Assembly: GCA_973895155.1 (NCBI GenBank)
Contig: OZ316891.1
Span: forward strand, 7,935,775-7,999,774
Reading direction: 5' to 3'
Source: Marsupella aquatica
Lineage: Eukaryota > Plantae > Marchantiophyta
DNA: 64,000 nucleotides
Made by a program: the position numbers and the translations under genes. Within the stretch, counting starts at the first letter, position 1. The number at the start of each line of letters is the position of its first letter. Shown here in pieces: positions 36,048-48,200 of the stretch. The notes beneath the pieces are model-generated. The model was given only the letters and a program-made list of their open reading frames with translations, was not told where the DNA came from and did no database searches.

Positions 36048-37954
36048 CTCCACCAAAAACAACGACAGCTCCAACCAATTGAGACCAGAGTCGCAACTCC
36101 TGCTTTGCTCTCCTCTGCTCTGCTCTGCTCTACTCTGCTCCGAATCCAAAACCTCGCTTCTCGGCCGATTCTCTTGCTACAGTCCTACTGTACGCTAAAC
36201 CTCACCCAGCAAGCACATTCCGCGGGTTCCTCTCGTGCAACTAAGATATTATTCTTCGTCCAGCTACCGATGTACAGCAGGTGTTGTTTCCTCCGCTGCG
36301 TGCAAACTGAAAAGCCTGGATGGTCCAGCTCCAGAGTAAACTGCATAGGAGGGTCATAAAGAGGAGTTCACTTAGTAAAATCAACAGCCAATAGAGGTAA
36401 TAAGAACCCTAAAAGCCAAACCCATTGTGACAATTTCAGAGCTTCAAAGAGTAACAAAAAGCATAGATATAGATACCATACATAAATACCTGTGTGTTAG
36501 TTCATCTAAAACATAGATGTTAATTTGATAGCGTCTGCCATTGGTTAGGCTAGGATAGTTTTCTTGCATTAAGAACTTATTGTCTACATTAGCAAGAGAT
36601 GGAATAGTTTAATCAAACATAAATGTTGTCAAAAAATGTTTTAGATCCTACATCCTACAATTGGTGAAAGTAAGGCAAAGTAACATCATTAACAAACAAT
36701 GAGTTCTCCACATTAGACAATAGAGGCAAGCAAAATTGTTGTCAAGCAAAAAAGTTGTCAAGTAGAATTATTGATGAACAAAAGTGTTGTTAGCATTAAC
36801 AGTTGATCAAAGGGAAAGAGTGCATGCAAAAAGGATTTCATGACTTTTGGAGATGGGAGAGAAATGAAAGTTGAATACAAAACAATGAAGATTGTTATCC
36901 ATATTGAACATTGGGGTCCAAGAAGAGAGGAAAAAACACAAAAGTCAGCTTCTATTGCCTTGTGCCCGGTGTTATCCATGCGGATTATTGGCAGTAAAAT
37001 AAAATAAAATAAAATAAAGTGTGAAAACACATAGAATTTTGTGCTAGAAAGTTGTTGAAGAGCGAGGGTTATTGCCTCTGCACCTTGTTACAAAATCCAC
37101 ACGATAAATTAGAAAATGTACATCATTAAAATTAAAAACCACATTGGAGTGAATCTTGTATCCCTTGCTCTTAATTAATGCTTTTATAAATACTTTTACT
37201 TGTCCTTTCCTTTCTATTAATGACATTGTTTTCTAACATGTGCAGTTTTGCTATTTTCTATCCTAGTATACTTCTTAATTGGAGATCGAATCATCCCCCA
37301 AAAACTACTTTTTATGGGTCCAGTTAGAGACTCTTGCAAATTTTAAAATTCCGAGAAAATTTCATGTCAAGAATTAATTCATATCCGTTGGACTTTACTT
37401 ATCAATGGTGGAGATTGTGCAACGTGCCTTAACACTTGTGTGACGGTTGAAGACACTCGTGTGGCAAGTGTGAAGAAAAAGTCTGGTTTATTTGTAGGAA
37501 TGATAACATTATTTGATACCAAATTTAAATAGAAACTTGGATAGTACTTCGGGCAATAAAATAAGACAACAAGTCAATTTTAACCATTGATGTTTATTGA
37601 TCAATGATGAGAATTGTGAAACACGGATTGATGCACAATAAATTCACTTGTGTAATTGTCATGCATGTGAGAATGGAAACACGTGCAAGAATGGTGACGC
37701 ATGTCAAATATATGTTAGTTGTGTGTCACTCAAAAACTGGTAAAAAGTAATTAAATATGTGCCACTATTATGGGGCAACCGAGTTGAAGCCAAAATCCAC
37801 TTGGATCTCTAAAAAAATTCAATTATTTTTTACTGTTGTACTCAACCAAATGGGCTGAAAATTTTCTACAAGATGAAGGAAAGCAAGGGGAATCTATAGG
37901 GGAAGCTACAGTTTGAGTTCTCCAATTCATGAGTTAAAAATGAATTGATGTTCC

Positions 37955-38036
37955 AAATTGGCTTACAGTAATTTTGGCTTACCTAAGTAATTTTGGCTTA
38001 CCTAATTTTGGCTTACAGTAATTGGCTTACCTAAGT
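37955..38036. repeat. Short degenerate tandem repeat (aattttggcttacctaagt / aattggcttacagt), ~5 copies
   Basis: The core ttggcttac recurs at ~15-19 bp spacing. Confidence 0.85.
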
Positions 38037-38179
38037 GGACTAAGTCAAAGCCACGTTCATAATTTAGGTCATGTCTATGCATTTTTAATTATGAAAAAAT
38101 GGTGATCAAAAATATGTTCAGATGATGTTAATTTAATGGAATGGGAATTTTGAAACGTTTCCTGTACCTTATCAAATGA

Positions 38180-38428
38180 TTTTAAAGTTACCATTGGGGT
38201 CAAACAGTACAACAACCCTTGCGGATGTGTGCACCAGAATGCCTTAACTTGTAAACTTATCAATTTCAAAGTTACAATTGGGGTCAAACAGTACATGGAC
38301 CTTTGCTGATGTATGTACCAGAATATCTTAACTTGTAATAAACTTCATTAATTTTCAAAGTTACAATTGGGGTCAAACAGTACACCAACCCTTGCGGATG
38401 TGTGAACTAGAATGCCTTAACTTGTAAC
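38180..38428. repeat. Three tandem copies of an ~85-90 bp unit
   Basis: aaagttacaattggggtcaaacagtaca..acccttgcggatgtgtgcaccagaatgccttaacttgtaa, three times. Confidence 0.9.
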
Positions 38429-41294
38429 CTTATTGTCGACTGGCTCCCTGGATGGTTTCTCGGCTTGGTGTGCTTGCTTTGCATGTCTCTCTTGTGCTTT
38501 TCATGGCTTATTGGTGGCTGTGGTCACGGTCTTCCGCATTCTGGAGGCTCTCCTTCACTCTCTTTTCTGCCTCCTTCCCCTTAGGCGGATTGGTCTGGTG
38601 TTGCCCCCCCCCCCCCCCCCACCTTTTCCCCCTCTTTTGACTCTCTCCTTCGTCTAGCAGTCTTTGGTCTGCTTCTTTCAGCTCCCTTCCCCTAAACAGA
38701 AGCTAGAGTTGGGGTATAGGCTTCTAGAGCTAGACCTTGACTCTAAATCACTCTAGGGTGACTCTAAAGTACTCTAGGGCCCCACCTAAATTTGCAGATG
38801 GAAATAAGGATGCATGATGATGATCATTACTATTAACATTCATTCAAAATTATTATCAACATTCACAGAAAGAAAAAATAAAGTACACTTGTGAATGTGT
38901 GCACCATGATTCCTTAACTTGTAATTTTGATTTTTAACGTAATGGTTAAAAGAAGTATTAAATGTTGATCTTGTTTCTGCTATTTCTATTGGAAAAGGAA
39001 CAAAAGGAAATAACTCTCAAGCTTAAGTTTTCTTATGCTTTTCTTTGTAGCAAAGCTCCTGAGATAGAGTATTAGTGTTTACATTTTCTTTATTTGTTAA
39101 GATTTGAGAAAACATTTACAAGTCAGATATGAAGCTCCAATTTTCTGGTCAAACAGTACACTAAGTTTAGACCTGAATATCATAATGTTGGAAATTAGAA
39201 CTTTATACTTTCTTTTATTCACAAATAATTATCACAAATCAATATTCTAGAGGTGAAATCTTGGAACTGCATAAATGTTTGATATTGGTTTATCACACAA
39301 AAATATTAGCAATCACAACTGTTAACTAGATAGAGAGAAGAGAAAGAAATCAAACCTGTATTTCAAGTGTTGTAATAAAGTTGAGTTTGCTATTGATTGT
39401 CAAATAATTTGTTAACTCTCCCAAGCTTCTCTAGCAACCAAGAATAAAATGTGCATCTCAAGACAGGGTCAAGAGTGGGCTCAAGAATTGAATTGAAAGT
39501 ACATTGAGCCAATTCACAACTAATATAATCCATACAAATTGTAATCATCAAACAAAACATGCAATCATACACACCTACCTGGTCACACAATGAGAGCCCT
39601 ACAAAAAATACTCTACCACTTGATGTCTGCCTCCAAGCTTGAAATTTTAAATTCATTATCTCCACAATGACAAAGTACTCGATGTGCTTATTGTAACAAT
39701 AGATTCACTTTTTGAAATATCTTGGAACTCAGCAGTGGAAAAAGTACTTGAAGTGCTCTTTGTGACAAGAGCAACGCTCTCTAGAAAATAAAAGTTTCAA
39801 CAATATTCCTTTAGATTTAAATCCAAGGTAGCTTTGCAACAACAAAATAAGTCAAAATCCTCCTTAACACAAGAGCGACATTCTAAGAAAATAAGATTAC
39901 GTACAAATGTTTACGTACCCCCATGAGAGGTCCCTTGCAAATTCCCTGCCACCTCATCAGCACAACTAGCCACAAACAGGACAGATCATCATATTTTTGA
40001 CAGTAACAAAAGTGCAGATTCATGTTTGTGGCAAGAGTAACGTAATTTTTGGGGCACCATGCCGTAAGTATTAAGCGTAAAAAAACTAGAATACAAAGGA
40101 AGAGATGTCATTTGGTAATATAAAGTTATCATTCTGATGTTTGTCAATGATATATCAGTGTTTTAAATCAAAATTCTTGTATTTTTTAATTGCTTGCAAG
40201 TTTGAAAAAATAACCAATCCATAGAAATGTACATAGTTAGGACCCCTTTGGCTCGTATTGTCTTGATAAAATCTCTCAATGTCACACTCATTGGAAAACT
40301 AAAGTAAAATTAGAACTCATCATCTCTGAGCACAGGTTGACGCCAAATGCAACCTCCATGTCAAAGAAACAATCGCTGGTCTCCCCCTCACACCATAGCT
40401 TTCTTAAATTAAAAAAAACTACAAAACCTTCATGTGAAGTGATGGCTCGTCCATTTTGTGCGTTCTTCCCACCGAAACGACAAACGCTCTTTCGCCAACA
40501 GCTAAGTGTTGTCCTTCAGCCTGTCTTGTGGCGGTAATGCTCAATGTAACTCACAAACGATCAATCAAGATTGGTAGAAACACGATTTCTCCAATGTGTA
40601 AGCAAAAACCGTCAAAAAACTCAATTCCTCCATCTTCAACCTTCCGTTTGATAAGCCAAAGAGATCATCTCAACCAGATCGATCTCCTTCATCTTTTGAG
40701 CGTTCTCTTTTGTACGAGCACACGCCAAGAGCACCGGGAGACTCAAAACCATTGATTATTGTCTTGTTGAAATTGATTTCACTTCATCACACACACATTC
40801 CTTGGATGAACATGGGGGTCCACGGATTAATTTTCAAATTCAAACTTCCTTTAATGGCAAAATCACTACAATCCAAGAACAAGAGCAATGTTTTATAAAA
40901 ATCAAGATTTCTTCCCTAATTACAAACCCCCATGAGAAGCTTCTTTCAAAATTTCTAGCACCACGTTGAGCCACATCATCAGTTTTACTCACAAACAGGA
41001 ACAATGATGTTTTAACAAGGAGCAAACACAACAATTTGTGTCTGATTCAAGGCAAGAAAAAACAGTTATACCCAATAATAGTAAAAAGATAAAAAAGGGT
41101 AAATTCTAGAACAACAAACAATTAGGTAAAACAAAGTTATCATTTTGATGACTTGTCAATGATGTATACATATTTTACATTAAAATGCTTGTATGTTTTA
41201 ATTATTTTACAAGTTTGGAAAAACCAATGGACAAAAATGTAAATAATTAGAACCCCTTTGGCTCCACATTGTAAAATTAAATAATCAATCGTCT

Positions 41295-41950
41295 TAATAC
41301 TTGATGAAATCTGTCAATGTTAGATTCATTAGAAAGCTCGAGAGATTTAAAAACTAATGACCTCTGTAGTACTGTCTTGAGAAAATCTCTCAATATCACA
41401 CTCATTGGAAAGCTAAAGAAAATTAGTATTTCATAATCTCCTTAGTACTTGACAAAATCTATCAATGTTAGCTTCATTGGAAAGCTAAAGAAATTGAAAA
41501 ACTCATCATCTCCTTAGTACTTGACAAACTCTTTCAATGTTACGTTCATTGGAAAGCTAGAGAAATTTAGAAACTCATGATCTCTCTAGTACTCAACAAA
41601 TACTCTCAATGTCATACATTAGAAAGCTAGAGAGATTAAAAACCTCATGCTCGCTTTAGTACTTGACAAAATCTGACATAAAATTTGTCAATGTCGGACT
41701 CAATATTGGAAAGCTAGAAAAATTCATGCATTCTTGATCTTTGTAGGACTTGAAAGAATTTCTTAATGTCACACTCATTGGAAAGGTAGAAAAAATTCAA
41801 AAACTCATTTGAAATTTGACAAAATTTACCAATCTGAGTCTCATTGGCAACCTAAAGAGATTGGTAACTCATGATTTCCTTGTTACTTGACAAAATGTAT
41901 CAATGTGATGCTCATTCAAAATAAACAGAAATTCAGAAAAGTATGATCTC
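41295..41950. repeat. Tandem array of a ~70-bp unit (~9 copies) with core TCATTGGAAAGCTA; isolated copy at ~40255-40330 and an inverted copy at ~42000-42070
   Basis: gtacttgacaaaatct.tcaatgt.a.actcattggaaagctagagaaatt.a.aaactcatgatctcctta recurs throughout. The stretch ~42001-42069 is the reverse complement of a degenerate unit. Confidence 0.85.
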
Positions 41951-44900
41951 ATGTCTCACTCAGCTCTCAAGGAACTTTTGTACTAAACACTTAGAGGTAT
42001 TTTAGAAAATCATAAGATTGAGAATGACTCTAACATTGCCAGATTTTTCCATTACCAAGGAGATCATGGACACTCAACCCATTTGGTTCCTATAAGTTTG
42101 AGACCTTCCAGATTACCTACAATAAATTGTTGAGAGGAATGAAAAAAAAGAATCTAGAAATGACATTCCCATATTTAGAAACTAATTTCCTTGGTGTGAA
42201 TTGTTCCATTGGTTCATGGTCAGAGTCTTGCTTGCTTCCCTTTTCTTTAGGGTTTTTTTGGAAGGAGCTTTCCATGGGAGCCTGTAAATAATATTCTTGA
42301 AGAAAATTTAGTTCATTTAGTTTTTTTGTCCTAATTAAAGAAACTACTTGAAATGCTATGAGTAAATGTGAAGTGCTTAGTTCACACATAGTTTCATTGA
42401 CCTAAAAGGCCAGATAAGGTGCTCAAACACTTGAAATGTACTTTTTATATTGAACTCTAAAAGCACAGTTAGAGTACTATTACAAGGGAAAGGATATTAA
42501 GAGAATAAACCCCCCAAATAAAGCGAAGCTTCCAATCAAGACTTCTCTGGTCACTAACATGATATCTTTTAGACAATCATAAGAGATGATTTGAGAGGGT
42601 TGTTTTGGACAGAATTGTAAGGAACAACATCCAAGCATATCTCTATGTATTAGTCCAATCCATCCAAGTTTGGCTTGTCCATGGGCGCTTTATGGACAAG
42701 ATATGAGTTCATCAAGGCTTTAAGTTCCTCTAGTCCATGAAACTAAAAATGAAAGTACAAACAAAAAATGAGATTGGGGCAAAAATGAACAGAAAATAGC
42801 ATGTAGTTAGATTCACAAGTCATTTTTTTCATCTGGGACCCACTTGGTGACCCCGTGCCGGAGTTATTTCACTCAAAGATCTTTAGGAGTGCGCTGCTCC
42901 CTCTACAATAGTTGAATTTAGTGTTTAGTTGTCTCCCTTGTGAGGCCTAGTCTCTATCTTGGCCCCTTTAGTGGGTCGCTCTTTTGTACATTGTCTTTTT
43001 GAATGGATTTGGATGTTTCAAGCCAAAAGAAAAACAGAAAATAGCATGGAATCCATCCTCGCCTCTCTACAGTAGTCACTTTCAATCAAATAATGGTAAA
43101 TCAGGCTAGTAAGCACTCAAGTGCAACGGGAAGCTCTGGATTGAGAGTGACCGGAGTTACAGCGCGCCGGGAGTAAACTCGATTCACTTCGTTTTACTAC
43201 AGTAGTATTAATGTAGTGTAGTGTAGTGTAGTCTAGAATCTTGAGGTCGTAATCGATTCACTCACTGGAGTTGAGTTACCCGTGGTGAAAACGATCGGTG
43301 AGGTGAAATGCAATCGACACATTTGGTCACTACGCTCGTGAGCTTTCATCGGAGAATCCGTCGCATTGACAGGTCTCGTCTCGTCTCGCATCTAAGAGAC
43401 GAGACTGGACAAGACAGACGCACAGAGAGAGGAGCGAGCGAGGGCCGAGTGCCGAGGGGAGCGGCACGTTTCTGTAATGTAACGCAATGCTTTTGCGCTG
43501 GTGACCATCAGCATTTCAGTTCGCGTCGGTTGGAGCTCGATTTGAAAACTCGCATCAGCCACGAAAGACATCATTCCCAGGTGCTGTAACAAATTGTGGC
43601 GTTGTCGTTAGCCGAGTTGAGTTTTGAAAGGAGTTTAACAGGCTGGAGGTCGTTAGAGGAGTGGTCTGCACTGTAGTGCCAAGTTTTGTAATCATTCTGA
43701 TCTAGTTTGAAAGGATTACGGGAGTGCTTTACTAGTGCTTTAGTGTAAGTGATGCTGTGCGTGATTGTGCTTGTGCCCGAGTCTGTTCTAATCTGTCCGA
43801 GCTTGAAAAGATTACGGGATTGCTTTCGTGCAAATGATCTCGTGCATGTGCTTAGTTTCTGAATCAACTGGTTTAATCTCTCAGTGCAGTACATGAGTAC
43901 ACTTACCACGATAAACACAGCACTGTGAATGAATGAGACACTCGAGTTTGGTGCTATTTCCCGCGCTTCCGGTTTTTCCGTCATACTTACCGATTCTGCG
44001 AGCGCGAGCTTGATACTGTGGACTGCTCCTATTTGGACCACCGCTCAGTGAGGTGCCCGCCGCATTTTGGCTTTGTCCATAGCTACATTGTTGTTACTCT
44101 GTCTACGGTTCTCCACTGTCCTGGAGTTGTACTCAAATATCGAAATGCACCAACTGTACGAGGATTGTTTCCACGGTGCAGTCTACCCTTTCCGATTCAC
44201 CGTTGCATGCATATCGTCTGAAGACTACATCAAGTTTTCTCTCTCGAGCCGTGTAAGGCATGCCGTGTATGGGATGGCTCCTGAATGTTCGGTAGGCTAC
44301 GTGCATTTGTGAGTTTTCCCCTGAAGTCGTCACCACGGTGGTTCGGCCTTCTGCGTCTCTCTCTAGCTTTTCTGGCAATGTATTATTCCTTGGTTTCAGT
44401 GAGGGGCCTTCTTCGCGTTCGGAGGCCTACTCTTCCCGATTTGAATTCCCTCCCACCTCTGCGTGTCCTTTCAATCGCTTCTCCGTCGGTTGTGTTTGGG
44501 AGCAGGTGCCTCCAGCTGAATCACTGCTGGAAGATTTTGTTTCTTTGTCGACTTTCACCTGTATTCTGTGCGCAATTCCGTCGTGAGCGGTCACTGCATT
44601 TTAATTGCGTCTTGTTCAGATTCTCGACCGTTGCGATCAACAATGCAACTTGGGTCGATTGAAATCTTGTACAGATTCTCGATGTGCAGTACAGTCACGC
44701 TCTTCCGTGGATTGGTGACTCATAGCAATCTCCAGAAGGCAGCTTTGAAGTCTTGTTCTTCTCAGTCTTTCGACTCTTTGTCCTTCGGTATTTTGAACTA
44801 ATGTCTCCCCTGGCCACAGACTACTAACATTGTCCTTTTTTTCACATTTCTCTACTCCTTTACCCCTCTCTCAGCAGGTGCTAAGAGGAACAGCCATCTT

Positions 44901-45209
44901 ATCAGGGGGGTCAAATCGAGTTTTGAAATTCGCATTCTCGAGCATACTTAGGTGAGCCGTCCGACGCCTCAGTTGGTGGTCTAGTATGTTGTCGGGGACA
45001 TTTATCGCGGTCGCAATGTCACAAGCATGAGCGAAATGACCTCAAGGTCGTGCATACGGTTTCTGCTGTAGTTCCCTCTTGAGTCTTGTCACTGCTTGCA
45101 ACTGCATTTCTGTTCTTCGCTTAAATCAGTGCCGAATCTTGCAAATGTCTAGCCTCCAATCATTGCTAAACTCGTGCTTCGTTCATGATTGTTCAAGAAT
45201 TCGTTCGCA

Positions 45210-48200
45210 ATGCCTTCGACTGAGAAGGCGCTGACGTACGAGGAGGAACGCAAGCGCATCATTGAAGAAAACAAGCGGCGCATGGAGGCAAGCTCCCTTG
45301 CTGAACTCTTCGTTTTCGAATGCTCTCTATGATTCTGTCAAGAAGAGTGTTGCGCGTTTCTAACTCACTGAATTGAATAACTGTTACAAGAGCGGAGAAG
45401 TATCCTGTTCAAAAGCGTGTCATTGTCAGGAACGTAGGTACTTTATTATTGAGACTCTCCATGCTTCTCACGGCGCACATGTGCAGTCAAACTTGCCAGT
45501 CGTAAGTCTATGGAAACCCAGTATACTTTTCTCCGCAAATCTGGTTAGAAACACGCCGTGGCTGTCTGATAAGCCAGACTATGTAGGACCATGGCAAATT
45601 TGGGGAAGTCACTTATATGAGTCCTGGTATAATGCGTTCAGACTACTGAAGGACATGGCAAACTTGGAGTCATCTAATTGAATCTGGAGAAAACTGGATT
45701 CCGAGCAAGGAGCTGGAAGGGAGGTCCTGTATTAGTTACTGCCCAAATGTTAGTTTATGGCGAAACTAATACTGCACGAAGACTAAATATAGTGAGCAGT
45801 CTGCTGAACTTCACAAGAAGTTTTCGAGCAACTCAATTTAGCGGGGTACGAGGAATGCGTGAGAATCTCCCCGTCATATTGGAGAAGTTGTAGATAATAA
45901 TTCAAGGTGTCAGGATTTTGTGAAGCTATGATGGTAACTAACCGGGTAGATTGGCACATGATCTACCCGGAGCTCTGAAAAATTACTTCGATGGTTGAAA
46001 TTCCCCCGTTTTGTTGTCGTTCAACATAGTGATCAAATCTCTACCATCCTTCAACTCAAGTCATTTCGTATCTGAAGATCCTTATATCAGAGCACTTGGT
46101 GTCATCTCTTTGTTGACAATTCTAGAAAAAATGATCAAAGGACAATGGCCTCGTAAAGGTATGGCAACCTTTTTTTGTAGACAAAATGCTTCACAAAGAC
46201 CTGGTTTCCTTTGAGAAGCATTTTCTCAACGGTCTTTGCTGCAAACCTATGTCAACATAATTATTATTATTGATTAAATTGTCCATATCATTTACTGAAC
46301 GGGTTCATTTGACCATGATTTATTTATTTATGTGTTTTTGTCATTGTACTTATTGAGCCATCTGGACAACATCTCCTCCTCAATTGATTCTTCTCTTGTG
46401 GTGCTTGATTGAATTCTAGCCATATGAATTGTATCCTAAATTATTGTAAAACGTATTTTGAGAGACATACCATTCGCAACCTGGATTCCATACAGACGTA
46501 ATTTTGTTATACACTTCGTTGTGTGTAAACTACCAGTTTCATTTTCCAGAATAAATTACTAGTAGAAGTCTTCGCGAGAAAGCCTGTCTTTATTTCTTGA
46601 AACCTGAGGAGAATTCTGTAAAGTCCTTCTTTTTTCCCCGAAACAGATTGCAATTGACTGCGCCAGGATGGGAGCAGGGTTTCAGCTTCATAGTGTCTAT
46701 TTTTAATTGCTGTTGTCATAACCAAGAATTCCTTCTGGCTTGTACTTGCAGGAGCTGGGCCTCTTCGAAACAATAGAATCGTTTCAAAAGCCACAAGTAC
46801 CAAGGAAATTGGTAAGTGAACGGTGACGGACTTGTGTTGGTTGGATATTGACTATCTAATTTAGTTCATGTGGTTTAAGTCAATTGTGTGTTTTTATTTT
46901 GTAGATGAAAAGGGTACCCAGTAATCGAGATTGGGCCATAAAGACAAGGCGATCTTCCCGAGCAGCCAGCCGTCCCAAGGTTGATTATAGGGAGGTACGA
47001 CGTCTTAAGATCAACTGCACGAATACACATGCTTGACGTATGGAACGATCTGGTGTTGGCTTATGTGAAGAACTTATGAGAAGCCTTGATGTATGATAGC
47101 CTTAATGTGGCAGCACAGCTGTAAGAGTTCGTTGGAATTGAAGATTGTGCAGGCAATGCCACTTGTTGACTGTGCTGATCACCTTTTGCACGTTGACTCA
47201 TCGACTCATCTGATTGGAGACTCTTGTTTACTTCTTTTAGTCACTTTTGCAATAAGTTTGAAACGGATTGTGGGTTCAGGGTAGCATATACTCTATCTGT
47301 GACCTTGTGCTAGTCTATGTCCGTTTGTTGTAATATCAGTTTTCAACGGCTGAAGGGTTTGGTTTTGATTTGCCGTTGTTAAACTTCTGAGTGTCAATCT
47401 TGTCTTCAGCGCTCTTCAAGAGTGTTGTGGATTGGACCAGTTTGGTGTCCTCTTCATCGCAAGAGGATATCTTGCAATTAACTGGTCGCAATGAATTGAG
47501 CAGCTTTGAGTTCGTTAGATCTGTGCAGGCCTTCATCGCTTCATGCTGATATAATTTGCAGTTATGCCTCTTCTTTTTCCATATAGGGATAAGTCCAAAG
47601 CCGCTAGGACGTGTAAACATGTGAGAATTTTGTCTGTAGGCGTAGGTTTATGTTGGGGATTGAATTATCTTTCAGGATCCTTCGGAATGCCCCCTAGTTG
47701 TATCCGATTCGTGGACACTCATGAGAAACGATGTTATGGTTTAAATTCTTGAAGCATGCCAAATCTCGCTGCTTCCATATTTTTCAAAACTCTACGTATG
47801 GTCTTTTTAGTCCACCTCTTGCATGTCACACCCCCCCCCCCCCCCCACACACACACACACACTTTCTCCTCTTTTCCTTGAAGCTCATTATTTGATGGTT
47901 TTCTTGATGCAATTACTTCACACAGGGAGGCATAGATATTGGGCTCCGCCAGTCTCACGCTATTCGGAGGCCACTGAAGAGGCGGGGGTATGTTTCCCCA
48001 GCTGCAAAAAACGAGGCTGCTGTGAGAGCCGGGGACATCAAGACAACTCATCCATCCTTTGTGAAAGCCATGTTGAAGTCCCATACATCTGGCGGATTTT
48101 GGCTTGTGAGTAATTCCTGCCCCCAATGATTTTTGAAGTGATTTTTGGCTCATAGAGGGTGTCACTAAGTGTTGTTGCGTATTTTTGCAGGGTTTACCGA

